Assembly: GCA_034439575.1 (NCBI GenBank)
Contig: JAWXAQ010000035.1
Location: 1 to 64,000 of the forward strand
Direction of reading: 5' to 3'
Length of the DNA stretch: 64,000 nucleotides
Source: Leptospira sp.
GTDB lineage: Bacteria; Spirochaetota; Leptospiria; Leptospirales; Leptospiraceae
Shown here: in pieces, positions 1 through 9,857 of the stretch
How the letters are laid out: every line of letters begins with the position of its first letter
Position numbering within the stretch: the first letter of the stretch is position 1
The notes under the pieces: generated by a model
What the model was told of the DNA's origin: nothing
The model's input: only the letters and a program-made list of their open reading frames with translations
Databases searched by the model: none
Translations under genes and position numbers: made by a program

Positions 1-625
1 CCAAAAAGACTTTTGAGCGCGATGGTGATTTTAGAAAAATTTTAAATTCTCCATCCTGCTCTAGGGTGATTTCCGAAATTCGTGAATTTAATGCAGGGTA
101 ACTTTTTAATGCAAACCGTAAGACTTTCGTTAGATCATCAAACTGCGTTCCTTGTATTGTATCTGAAGTAATGGGAAAATTTCCAGAAAGTATGATCAAG
201 TTTTCAGCTAACACTTTATTTCGAGAGAGAATTGTTTTGTCTTCATCGACTTCGTATACCATATCTCCCACGTGCACTATAAATTCTGCAACTTTCTCCT
301 GTAAGGTGATAACTAAAAATCCTTCCCGATCTCGATTCACTCTTGCTTTTTTAATCCGAGGATGAGATAAAAGTTTTTTTTCCCATTCCTTCCAACCCGT
401 TATCTCCGATTGAAGACTTTCCGAAGGAATTTCAAGAAATTCGATTATATCAATCGGCTTAAGAACATAAAGCCCTTCAAACACTAACTTCTGAATCGGT
501 TTAGGTGACTTTATCCATTGGACTAGAGCACCAATTCCGATAAGAACCGAGACCAATAAAACCCAAGGAACAATGTACCGCAGGTTTGGTCTTTTTTCGT
601 TGGTTTCGGGCATAGTGTCAACCAT
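1..625 (-). CDS. ftsQ: Cell division protein FtsQ/DivIB, 5' part (runs off the window start)
   Basis: Manual translation MVDTMPETNEKRPNLRYIVPWVLLVSVLIGIG...WEKKLLSHPRIKKARVNR...ITLQEK: a single N-terminal TM followed by a POTRA-like segment; absent from the ORF track because there is no stop in the window. Confidence 0.75.
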   Translation of the reverse strand, partial: MVDTMPETNEKRPNLRYIVPWVLLVSVLIGIGALVQWIKSPKPIQKLVFEGLYVLKPIDIIEFLEIPSESLQSEITGWKEWEKKLLSHPRIKKARVNRDREGFLVITLQEKVAEFIVHVGDMVYEVDEDKTILSRNKVLAENLIILSGNFPITSDTIQGTQFDDLTKVLRFALKSYPALNSRISEITLEQDGEFKIFLKSPSRSKVFL

Positions 626-697
626 ATATTGATTATGTCTCATTGTTAGGATACAGAACGAGACTCTCGTTTGTCGATTTGGAAAACCTCAAGGCAT

Positions 698-726
698 AAA
701 AAAAGGCCGGATTTTCATCCGACCTT
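698..726 (-). terminator. Intrinsic terminator of the 752..1117 gene
   Basis: Minus strand AAGGTCGGATGAAAATCCGGCCTTTTTTT: hairpin plus U-tract. Confidence 0.8.
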
Positions 727-751
727 CGCCAAATTCAAGTTTGAATTTAGT

Positions 752-1117
752 TTAGTTGCTAGCGACTTGCTTTAATTCTAAAGCTTGCCCCATAGAAACT
801 TTTTTGTATTTTTCTGCTTCTTTTTCTAGAATTTCGGCTCTGCGAAGAAGTTCTTTTTTCTCGTTGTTTTGAGAAATAACTTTCCCGCCATGAGTTGTGT
901 TCGCTCTTTCACGAAGCGCTTGCGCCAATTCTAGTTTCTCTTTTGCCACGCTTGCAAGGTACTCAGAAACGGCAGATTTTTGTGCTGGAGTGGAAGCTTG
1001 TTCGATCACAGCAGTTTCCAAAAGCTCAAATCTTTCGTTTGTATCTAAAGCTTGTAAGTTTGCAGTTGCAAGACCTAATCCCAAGAACCCGATTGCGATT
1101 TTTTTTGTAAGTTTCAT
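752..1117 (-). CDS. Secreted helical hypothetical protein (Leptospira-type)
   Basis: Signal peptide MKLTKKIAIGFLGLGLATANLQA; GAGGGG RBS upstream; terminator downstream. Confidence 0.75.
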   Translation of the reverse strand: MKLTKKIAIGFLGLGLATANLQALDTNERFELLETAVIEQASTPAQKSAVSEYLASVAKEKLELAQALRERANTTHGGKVISQNNEKKELLRRAEILEKEAEKYKKVSMGQALELKQVASN

Positions 1118-1765
1118 GTTTTTACCCCTCTCAAGGTTAGGAATCTTTCGATCCCTTTTGTTTATTTATACACTTATTGGACTCCCCTATAGATTAAATT
1201 CAATCCAAAAAGATAAGAAAGATGGTTTTGAATCAGGAAAAATATAAAAATTTGCATAAAAAGATTAAAAATCTATAAATTTAATCATTATTTGGATTAA
1301 TTTTAATCAAATAGGACATAATTCCCACATGCTTCAAATTTAGAACCACACATCCAGCTATAAAGGCGATATTGATAGATCATAAAATTGCTACATAATA
1401 ATTTTCTAGTGCTTCAAAAAGAATTTATCTCAATCGAATTTAGGAAGATCAGAATTGAAAAAATTGGAATCTGGGGATCAGGAATTGTGGCTTAAACATT
1501 CGGTGTTGGATTTTGTAAAAAGGTTTTCAAGTTGGTTTAGGGACCAGAGACCCCAAAAAACTTGAAGGATTTGGGAAAGAAAACGGAATCGAAATCGATT
1601 CCACAGAAATTATTAGAAGGGAAGAAAGTCATAGATGTGGGTTTTGCACCTTCGGCACGGCCATTGGAAGCATTCGCTCGTGTGGTGCGCCCCAGGCTTT
1701 TTATTTAATGAGTGGAACCATACATTCCACTTAAAGGTTCAAAAATAGCTTTCGAATCTTTCTAT

Positions 1766-1942
1766 TTAAGCTGAATTTTCAGAATCAGTGACAGCCGGGG
1801 ATGTGTTTTCGACATCATTTGGAGTCACTTCTCCCTCTGTAGGTGTGCTTTTATTGAGTTTTTTCTCGCGTTTTTGGTCTTGTTTCTTCTTTTTCGCGAT
1901 GTCCTTTTGACGTTTTTCAAAGGAATAATTCTTTTTTACCAA
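1766..1942 (-). CDS. Small basic-then-acidic protein, 58 aa (not in ORF track)
   Basis: TTG start after AAGGA; MVKKNYSFEKRQKDIAKKKKQDQKREKKLNKSTPTEGEVTPNDVENTSPAVTDSENSA. Confidence 0.7.
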   Translation of the reverse strand: MVKKNYSFEKRQKDIAKKKKQDQKREKKLNKSTPTEGEVTPNDVENTSPAVTDSENSA

Positions 1943-1994
1943 TTTTTAGTCCTTATATCCCAATTTTCCTCTCTTAGCTTTTTTCAAAATCGTT

Positions 1995-2041
1995 TAAATT
2001 CGGTTAAATGGGAAATATTACATTCCATCTAACCGAATTTA
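1995..2041 (-). terminator. Long hairpin downstream of the caspase-family gene
   Basis: TAAATTCGGTTA...TAACCGAATTTA inverted repeat about 20 bp past the stop. Confidence 0.5.
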
Positions 2042-2062
2042 TAATAAATTACAAATACTTAT

Positions 2063-3796
2063 CTAGTATTTCGTTTTCGAATAACTCATTTTTTTGTTCA
2101 AAATGATTTCAACCTTGGTCAATTCGCCAGGTTTCACTATGATCTCAGAGTTTTCGAGTTTTAGGGCTTCCATAAAACTAGCACGAATTTCATATTTACC
2201 AGGTTTCAAATTGGTAAACCAGAAATAGCCATCTTTATCCGTTGTCACTTTCAAAATCTGATTTGTGGAAACGATCGTTGGCATATAAATCTGATGTTTT
2301 TCGATAGGATTGTCCAAAGTTTTATAGAAAATACGCCCTTGTATCGCACCAAAACCATCCATAGACTCTACTGTTTCAAGCGTAGTTGTTTGTTTTGGGA
2401 TAACGGCCGCTGCCGTTTTATAAATTGGATAGTTGTCTGCCCTAACTTCGATTTGGTGAACACCTGCAGGAAGTTTTTCAATTTTAATTTGATACACTTC
2501 TCCAGGAATTATTTTTCCCATACGTGAAGTAGAACCCCATATTGGAGATTTTTCAGTAGAAATCACGGATACATATTCCTCACCGTCAACTAGGACTTTG
2601 ATCTTTCTGATTTTGTCTTCTGGTGTGGAAGATTTCAGTTTACCTTGTTTGTTGATCAGATCATAAGGTGATTTGTTGGCTCCACCACCATAGTTTTTGT
2701 CTTTGATGATAGTTGTACGAATCAATATATCACCAGTCGTAATTGATGGTGGTGCGGGAGGTTCGACGTTAACGATAGGCGGAATTTCAACTGTTGTTGG
2801 ATTTTCTACAACTGTCTCCGGTTCTTCTGTCGGTGTATTGACGACAACTACGTTGTCATTGTTTGGCGGCACGACAGGCACAACCACAGGATTTGTCGGT
2901 GTGATGTTCACGGGTTGATTGATCACTACGTTTGGTGGTGGTGGGGGTGGATCTTGTGGTTTTGGAGATCCCGACAAGAAAATACCTGCGGCATTTCCGG
3001 ACACTTGAGGTGTTTGGTCATGGTTAAATTTCTTTGCCATCTTGATGGTTTCATCTTTTGCCACAAAGAATGCTTCTAAAGCCGTGACCACCTTATCGTT
3101 GTTTAAGTCCGCAGTCTCTAAGGAATTTCCTAAGTTATATGTAAAAATTCCGTGGTTGATACTTCCACCAACTTCAATGGAAGTCTCATCATCATCTGAT
3201 GAAGAAATGATCGCTTTGTCTTGGAAAAAATAATCTTCGGCGTTTTGGCGAACCACCCCATCATTTCCTTGTGCAATTGGTATTTCAGCAGCCCCACGAG
3301 TGTTTTTACCTTTTTTCGCGATTCCACCGGAATAACAGCAGTCCATCACCATAACTGTCTTAGGTGAACTAATTTCAGAAAGGTATTCATTTAATTCTTC
3401 ATCGGAGATATGCGGGCGATCATAACAAATTAGGTAATTTCTCATACCGTTCTTTGCTTTTGCATCTTTCATGTACATCCCGTGGCCAGAAAAGTAAATG
3501 AACACGGAATCATTTTTCCCTGCTTGTTTACCCAGTTGCTTCATGGCATTTTTCACGTTGTCTCGTGTTACCATAGTTCCAAGTAATACTTTCATATCCT
3601 TGAAGTTGCCCTTCTTTTGGAGTTTTTCCTTTAAAAATGTAGCATCTGCTTCGCAGAGGTTGAGTTCGGGGATCTTAGCTGTGTTTCCCTTATAATTTGT
3701 CCCTATAAAAAGAGCATAACGATCTTGTGCAAATATAGGAACAACGGTTGATAGACTGATCAAAACAGCCCAAATTTTAAGTCGCAATGATGACAT
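2063..3796 (-). CDS. Secreted caspase-family (peptidase C14) protein with Pro-rich linker and C-terminal carboxypeptidase-regulatory-like beta domain
   Basis: Signal peptide; RYALFIG, YFSGHG (His) and MDCCYSG (Cys) motifs, QTPQ; PPPPPP linker; TDKDGYFWFTNLKPGKYEI. Confidence 0.85.
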   Translation of the reverse strand: MSSLRLKIWAVLISLSTVVPIFAQDRYALFIGTNYKGNTAKIPELNLCEADATFLKEKLQKKGNFKDMKVLLGTMVTRDNVKNAMKQLGKQAGKNDSVFIYFSGHGMYMKDAKAKNGMRNYLICYDRPHISDEELNEYLSEISSPKTVMVMDCCYSGGIAKKGKNTRGAAEIPIAQGNDGVVRQNAEDYFFQDKAIISSSDDDETSIEVGGSINHGIFTYNLGNSLETADLNNDKVVTALEAFFVAKDETIKMAKKFNHDQTPQVSGNAAGIFLSGSPKPQDPPPPPPNVVINQPVNITPTNPVVVPVVPPNNDNVVVVNTPTEEPETVVENPTTVEIPPIVNVEPPAPPSITTGDILIRTTIIKDKNYGGGANKSPYDLINKQGKLKSSTPEDKIRKIKVLVDGEEYVSVISTEKSPIWGSTSRMGKIIPGEVYQIKIEKLPAGVHQIEVRADNYPIYKTAAAVIPKQTTTLETVESMDGFGAIQGRIFYKTLDNPIEKHQIYMPTIVSTNQILKVTTDKDGYFWFTNLKPGKYEIRASFMEALKLENSEIIVKPGELTKVEIILNKKMSYSKTKY

Positions 3797-3854
3797 GAAT
3801 GAAATTCCTCTCAGTTCAATTTGAACCTAGATATTGAGAGGAACTAAGGGAAAA

Positions 3855-5132
3855 TCAATTGGATTTTTGTGATTTTTGCAAAAAAGAAAAGACCTGCGGA
3901 AGGACAAAATTTTGGAATTCTTGGTTCACACGGGCTTCCCCTCGGCAGTCATAGTGGATTAAATCGACAAATAGTTCCAAAGGATAACCAGATTCTGGGA
4001 AAAAGAATGCCGCTTGTTTGGGATGTGCTTTGAAAAAACTTTTTAGTTTTTCCTTCCGGTGTTGTACTTCGGGAGCGGCTTCTTTTTTGTCGATCCATGG
4101 CATGTAAACAAAGCCAAACTGCATACCATTCGCCTCTGTGTATTTGATCAGATCTTCCAAAACTTGGAATTGGACTGGGTCCCAGGCTTTTGGATCAAGA
4201 TTTGGTTTTTCCTTACTGATATCTTCTTTGTATTTGGCACGAGCAAACATGACGATTTCGGGTTTCACACGATTGGAGATATTATATTTTCCGAGGTGTT
4301 TTGTAATTTGGTCTTCTATGATTTTATTGTCTTCTCTCTGTGAGGGTGAAGGTAGACAAATCCCTGCCTCTACATTGGCACAGGATTCACAAAATTCTGA
4401 TTTAACTTTGTAATCTGGTGAAACTTTCCAATTTTGAAAACTTAAAGCATTCCGAAGGGCACCATGGTAACGGTAAGTTTCATATAACAGAGGTATGGCT
4501 TTGGTTATGATAAACAATCGTTCGACGCCTTCATATTGTTCCCATAACTCGGCTACACTAAATTGATGTAAATACCTGTGTCCAAAAAATTCCCAGAGCA
4601 ATTGGTCAAAGTCATCTTGTTTGCCACTGTAACTGATGATATTTTCTTTGCTAGGTGCTCGGAATACATTTTTTTCCCAACCTTCCTTCCATCGACGTTG
4701 GATATACTGTGAAAGGGATTCATTTGAAGTCACAAACTTAGCAGAGGGATCATAAAGCGGTGGACCATAACCCGTAGAATAAAGCTTAGGTGAGGCGGTG
4801 AATAAAACCATTTTGGGTTTTTTATTGCCTGATCGAATGTATTTTTCCAAAAAGAATCGATAGTACTTCGGTCCCATTGCGGGAAGACTATGGTTATAAA
4901 CAGTATATTCTTTATCATTTTTGGCAACATAACCTTCCAATGCCATGGACCGAGAATCACCTATGATAATGATATCAGCATCCGCTTTTCCCGACTCTAC
5001 ATATTGTTTTTTTAAGTTTACAAAAAAGATTTCTGGTTGTTCCAGATAATAAACATCCGTTAAACGAACAACTATTTCGAGACCTACAAAAAAAGATAAG
5101 GCAATCAAAATACCTTTAAATTTAGAACGCAA
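3855..5132 (-). CDS. SGNH-like (DUF1574/DltD/AlgJ-like) partner of the MBOAT acyltransferase
   Basis: N-terminal TM, IIGDSRS and FVDLIH (GDS...DxxH); overlaps the MBOAT stop. Confidence 0.7.
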   Translation of the reverse strand: MRSKFKGILIALSFFVGLEIVVRLTDVYYLEQPEIFFVNLKKQYVESGKADADIIIIGDSRSMALEGYVAKNDKEYTVYNHSLPAMGPKYYRFFLEKYIRSGNKKPKMVLFTASPKLYSTGYGPPLYDPSAKFVTSNESLSQYIQRRWKEGWEKNVFRAPSKENIISYSGKQDDFDQLLWEFFGHRYLHQFSVAELWEQYEGVERLFIITKAIPLLYETYRYHGALRNALSFQNWKVSPDYKVKSEFCESCANVEAGICLPSPSQREDNKIIEDQITKHLGKYNISNRVKPEIVMFARAKYKEDISKEKPNLDPKAWDPVQFQVLEDLIKYTEANGMQFGFVYMPWIDKKEAAPEVQHRKEKLKSFFKAHPKQAAFFFPESGYPLELFVDLIHYDCRGEARVNQEFQNFVLPQVFSFLQKSQKSN

Positions 5133-6657
5133 AGTAGATTACCTCTTTTCCGAAAATGCCCTTTACAATAATTAAAAAGCCTAAAAATATAAATATGAAT
5201 GCTTGAAGAAAGTAATGGTATTTATAAAACCAATAGCGGTCTTTTTTGAAATAGCTGATGCCATCCAATATAAACAATGGTAATGTTATTTTTAACATTT
5301 CTTGAAATAACAATGAAGCTGATTTGATGCCATTTCCTGGTACCAAATTCCAATCCCAAACCATACAAACTTTCTTAAAGTACAATAACATCATTGCCCC
5401 ATCATAACTTCTAAAGGCAACGCCACTTATGGCAACTAACACATAAATTAATATGCGAGATAATGTTCCTGTAATTAAAGATTTAAACGAGAATTTTTCT
5501 TCGACCTCGGTTTCTTTTGTTTTCGGAGCAAAAAAAGCTAAATATACTACAGTGTATACGCCTTGCATAGTACCCCAAGTCACAAAAGTCCAATTCGCAC
5601 CATGCCAAAATCCAGAAACTACAAATATGATAAATAAATTTCTCAGTTGTTTGATTTTTCCGTAACGACTACCGCCAAGTGAGATATAGATATAATCCCG
5701 AAACCATCTATTTAATGTTATGTGCCACCTGTTCCAAAATTCAATAGGGTTTCGAGAAAATTCAGGAGTTTCAAAATTGACAGTTAAATTCACACCAAGC
5801 AGACGTGATGTGCCAAGTGCAATAAACGAATAACCAGCAAAGTCGCAATACACTTGCATAAGAAGACCCAAACAAGCGACAAAAACTTGACTGCCATCTA
5901 CAGAGTATATGATCTCAGGATTTGCAAGATACACCCCCTTCCCACCCAAAAAAACTTGATCGATGTAATTTGCCAAATTGTCAGCTACATATACTTTCAT
6001 AAAATACCCAAGAAGGATATCCCATACTGCTAATTGCACTCCGTCCAAAGTTGGAAATTTTGGTTTTTTCAATTGTGGTAAAAGATCTATCGCGCGTTCG
6101 ATGGGACCTGCGACAAGTTGTGGAAAATAATTTACGAAAAGAGCAAAATCAAAAAAATCTCTCTCTGCCTTTATTTGACCTCGATAAACGTCAATGGTGT
6201 ATGACATGGTTTGAAAGGTATAAAAACTGATGCCGACTGGAAGTACAATGTTTGAAATCGTAAATATAGTATTTGCTTGTAAAGGTGTACCTCCCCAAAC
6301 TAATGCTAAATGGTTAAATGATGATATCAAACTGTTTGAGAAAAAATCAAAGTACTTCATCGTAAAGAGAAGTCCTAGATTGGCAATAATTGAAAATCCG
6401 AGAAACAACCTACGGCGTGTTTGGGTCTTTGCCGTTTCGATTCCGATAGCAGAAATATAATCTATGATGGTACTTGTAAAAATAAGTGTGAGGAAAAACC
6501 ACTCCCACCACCCGTAAAAAAAATAAGAAGCAAACAAAAGCCAAAGGTTTTGTGCGCGAAGAGCCCAATTGTGTTTTTTTGCGAATACTCCAAAGATGAT
6601 AAAAAAGAGATAAACGAAAAGAAAAAAGACCAAAAAGACAAAAGTATTAAAAAGCAT
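5122..6657 (-). CDS. MBOAT family O-acyltransferase (AlgI/DltB-like)
   Basis: LPVGISFYTFQ, FPQLVAGPIER, FWNRWHITL, SGFWHGANWTF. Confidence 0.92.
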   Translation of the reverse strand: MLFNTFVFLVFFLFVYLFFIIFGVFAKKHNWALRAQNLWLLFASYFFYGWWEWFFLTLIFTSTIIDYISAIGIETAKTQTRRRLFLGFSIIANLGLLFTMKYFDFFSNSLISSFNHLALVWGGTPLQANTIFTISNIVLPVGISFYTFQTMSYTIDVYRGQIKAERDFFDFALFVNYFPQLVAGPIERAIDLLPQLKKPKFPTLDGVQLAVWDILLGYFMKVYVADNLANYIDQVFLGGKGVYLANPEIIYSVDGSQVFVACLGLLMQVYCDFAGYSFIALGTSRLLGVNLTVNFETPEFSRNPIEFWNRWHITLNRWFRDYIYISLGGSRYGKIKQLRNLFIIFVVSGFWHGANWTFVTWGTMQGVYTVVYLAFFAPKTKETEVEEKFSFKSLITGTLSRILIYVLVAISGVAFRSYDGAMMLLYFKKVCMVWDWNLVPGNGIKSASLLFQEMLKITLPLFILDGISYFKKDRYWFYKYHYFLQAFIFIFLGFLIIVKGIFGKEVIYFAF

Positions 6658-6745
6658 GGAGTTTTCATAAAATTTGATATTTACTTTGTTTGTAAAACCG
6701 AAAAAACACTTCGGAACTTATCATTGACCTTTTTGGATTTTAGAA

Positions 6746-8611
6746 TTGTATGGAAGGCGCTTGGACTATCTAAATCATCTAAAACTCAATTTCGGTTTTT
6801 CGACCTTTCGCCCAGGCCAAGAAGAAGCGATTCGGTCAATTGTTTCTGGCCAAGACACACTCGCCATTTTGCCGACTGGTGCTGGTAAATCGTTAATCTA
6901 TCAATTTCCAGCAAGTTTGGAAAATAAAAAATTAACCCTTGTTATATCACCTCTAATTGCACTTATGAAAGACCAAGCAGAAAGTTTACTAGCAAAAGGA
7001 ATTTCGGCTGCCTTCTGTAACTCGACACAGGACGAATTGGAACAAATGAAAATCATTTCCCAAGCTGTCAGAGGAGATCTTCGTGTATTATTGTTATCAC
7101 CTGAACGAGCGCTTTCCACAGGTTTTTTAAGAGTTTTTGTGCAAATGGACTTAGCCTACTTAGTCATTGATGAAGCACATTGTGTCTCCCAATGGGGGCA
7201 TGACTTTCGTCCTGAATATAGACAGATACACTTGTTACGCGAAAAACATCCCATTGGCAATTTTCCGATTTTAGCTTTGACTGCGACTGCCACAACTAAA
7301 GTCCGAACCGATGTGCAAGCGGCTCTCGGTATGACAAAACCGAAAGTTGTATTATCAACTTTTTATCGTCCCAATCTAAAATTTTCAGTGGAGTATCCAG
7401 CCACCGAACGCGATAAAGCTGATCGATTGTTAGAATTATTAGAGCCTTGGAAAGAAAATAAAAAATATCCTGGCCGTGCTATTGTTTATTGTGCCACTCG
7501 TAAAAAAACAGATGAGGCCTATGATCTATTAAAAGATTTCGGATTTTCGGTAGGTAAATACCACGCAGGTCGTACAGATGGAATTCGCGAAAGAACTCAG
7601 AATGCATATACTGGTGGAAAAGTTCCCATACTTGTAGCCACAAACGCATTCGGAATGGGTATGGATCAGCCTGATGTTCGTTTGGTGGTTCACTACCAAG
7701 TCCCCTCTTCTTTGGAGGCATATTACCAAGAAGCCGGTCGAGCGGGAAGAGATAATTTACCCGCTGAATGTGTATTGTTTTATAAAAATGCAGACGTTGC
7801 GACCCAAGCCTTTATGATTTCTAAAGAATCAAATTTCAAAGGTGGTGATACTTTATTAAAATATATCAAAGATTATGCGAACAAATTGGTTTGTCGCCAA
7901 GTTCAATTATGCGAATATTTCGGAGAGCCATTATCTCCTTGTGGCATATGTGATATATGCAAACAATCTGATTCTTCACTAGATCGGACTAAGTATATCA
8001 AAAGTGAAGAAATCAAATTAAGGAAAAAAGAAGAAAAAAGAACGTATGACTTTGATGAGACGGAAGAAGAAGTTATTTTAGAAATTTTACGTGGATTCCC
8101 TGCCACTTTTGGAAAAAATTTAATTGCAAAAACATTAGCCGGAAAAATGACAAAAGATGTTTTGCGCTATCGCCTCGAACGCAATCCTTATCATGGAAAA
8201 TTAAAACATATAGCAGAAGAAGCTATCGTTGCTAAACTAGAAGATTGGACAGAATCAAAAAAGATATTAGTCTCAGGAAATAAATATCCCAAACTTTACT
8301 TACCACAGACTGGTCCCATAAAACGCTCGTCAGGTCGTTTATCAGCAGATGGAACCTCAGTCACCCCAAAAATAAAAAAAGTTCCAACGGAAAATTCTTT
8401 GATACTACGTGAACTAATGAATTACCGAGACCGTAAATCTCGTCAGTTAAAATGGAAAAAATTTATGGTATTTCAAAATCCAGTTTTGAAACGCATTGCT
8501 GAACGAAAACCTCGCACTTTAGTAGAATTAGAATCCACGAAAGGTGTGGGGCCTGCAAAAGTGGAAAGATTTGGAAATGAAATACTTGAGATCATACAAA
8601 AATTCGAATGA
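6746..8611 (+). CDS. recQ: RecQ family ATP-dependent DNA helicase with RQC and HRDC domains
   Basis: PTGAGKS, DEAHCVSQWGHDFRPEY, QEAGRAGRD, Zn-binding cysteines, C-terminal HRDC. Confidence 0.92.
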   Translation: MYGRRLDYLNHLKLNFGFSTFRPGQEEAIRSIVSGQDTLAILPTGAGKSLIYQFPASLENKKLTLVISPLIALMKDQAESLLAKGISAAFCNSTQDELEQMKIISQAVRGDLRVLLLSPERALSTGFLRVFVQMDLAYLVIDEAHCVSQWGHDFRPEYRQIHLLREKHPIGNFPILALTATATTKVRTDVQAALGMTKPKVVLSTFYRPNLKFSVEYPATERDKADRLLELLEPWKENKKYPGRAIVYCATRKKTDEAYDLLKDFGFSVGKYHAGRTDGIRERTQNAYTGGKVPILVATNAFGMGMDQPDVRLVVHYQVPSSLEAYYQEAGRAGRDNLPAECVLFYKNADVATQAFMISKESNFKGGDTLLKYIKDYANKLVCRQVQLCEYFGEPLSPCGICDICKQSDSSLDRTKYIKSEEIKLRKKEEKRTYDFDETEEEVILEILRGFPATFGKNLIAKTLAGKMTKDVLRYRLERNPYHGKLKHIAEEAIVAKLEDWTESKKILVSGNKYPKLYLPQTGPIKRSSGRLSADGTSVTPKIKKVPTENSLILRELMNYRDRKSRQLKWKKFMVFQNPVLKRIAERKPRTLVELESTKGVGPAKVERFGNEILEIIQKFE

Positions 8612-8629
8612 AGTGAATATTTTAAATCT

Positions 8630-9811
8630 ATGTTAGGATTGGATTTATTATCAGCAAATATATCTCTTATTAGTTTAAGTGTCTCTTTTTTTGTCGCAGT
8701 AATTCTTTTTTATTCTCCTTCAAAATTTAATTCTTCAAAATATTTATCTGGTGTATTGGGTATCATATCCCTCATCATCTTACTTCGGTTTTGCGTTGTG
8801 ATCAAAATGAATTTGGCGATTTATTTAGTAATATTTGTATTTCCTTTACTATTTTTTATAGGACCACTTTTATATTTTTATACACGCGTTAGTTTATTTC
8901 AAAAAATAGCGCACAAAAAAGAATTATCGCTTTATTTTTTACCCTCGATACTTACTTTTTTCATATTCTTACTTTTGTTTTATTTTTTTCCTGAATTTCT
9001 TGATTTTAAAAATATTCAATACCAGCTCGGTATTGTTGGACTAACAACCGCTATAATCATTTCACTTGCCAGTCTCTATTGTGGCTATTTTTGTTTTCTC
9101 TCACTGAGACTCATAAAATTGTACGAAGTAGAACTCAAAAATCAATTTAGTTCAGATGAACGCGGAAGGCTAGTTTGGTTAAAGGCTTTGATCGTAATTA
9201 TCATCCTTTGTATCTTGACCTATTTTACACTCGCCACAATTATCTATATCGGTGGATTTAAATTGCCCCCCATCACACCAATAGAAGGAATTTTCCAACT
9301 AGGGCTCGTTTATTTAGTGCTTTTTTATTTGATCCGAAAACCTGAAATTATATCGATTCCTTATTCTGACACCAAACTTATCATAGATGAACATTTATCT
9401 CTGACACAGCAAACGGCACAACCAAAGTACCAAAAACAAACACTGAGTGATTTGGAGAGGAAGAATTATCTAATTCGCATTCAAAAATATATGAATGATG
9501 AAAAACCATTTTTGGATGAAGAGATTACACTTTCACTTCTTGCCTTCAAATTAAATATTCCAGCACATCATTTTTCTATGACGATCAATATAGAACTCTC
9601 ACAGAATTTTTTCCAATTTATCAATTCATATCGCATAACTACAGCAAAACTTTTATTATCAGATCCTGGAAATAAAAATAAAAATGTGTTAAATATTGGT
9701 TTGGATGCGGGTTTTCAATCAAAAGCCGCGTTTAACAAAGCTTTTAAAATGGAAACAGGAAAAACTCCAACAGAATATAGAAGTGAAATTTTGAAAGATA
9801 GTGCTTTATAA
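8630..9811 (+). CDS. Membrane-bound AraC family transcriptional regulator
   Basis: Several TM helices, then NFFQFINSYRI...AGFQSKAAFNKAFKMETGKTPTEYR. Confidence 0.9.
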   Translation: MLGLDLLSANISLISLSVSFFVAVILFYSPSKFNSSKYLSGVLGIISLIILLRFCVVIKMNLAIYLVIFVFPLLFFIGPLLYFYTRVSLFQKIAHKKELSLYFLPSILTFFIFLLLFYFFPEFLDFKNIQYQLGIVGLTTAIIISLASLYCGYFCFLSLRLIKLYEVELKNQFSSDERGRLVWLKALIVIIILCILTYFTLATIIYIGGFKLPPITPIEGIFQLGLVYLVLFYLIRKPEIISIPYSDTKLIIDEHLSLTQQTAQPKYQKQTLSDLERKNYLIRIQKYMNDEKPFLDEEITLSLLAFKLNIPAHHFSMTINIELSQNFFQFINSYRITTAKLLLSDPGNKNKNVLNIGLDAGFQSKAAFNKAFKMETGKTPTEYRSEILKDSAL

Positions 9812-9857
9812 AATTTAAAATTAAAAATCCGATAAACTGATTCCAGTTAGTCGGAAG

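Noticed and set aside
1640-1665. Glycine riboswitch (GCCGAAGGTGCAA on the minus strand)
   Set aside because: The flanking GGAGA and CTCTCAGG elements are absent and there is no glycine-related gene downstream
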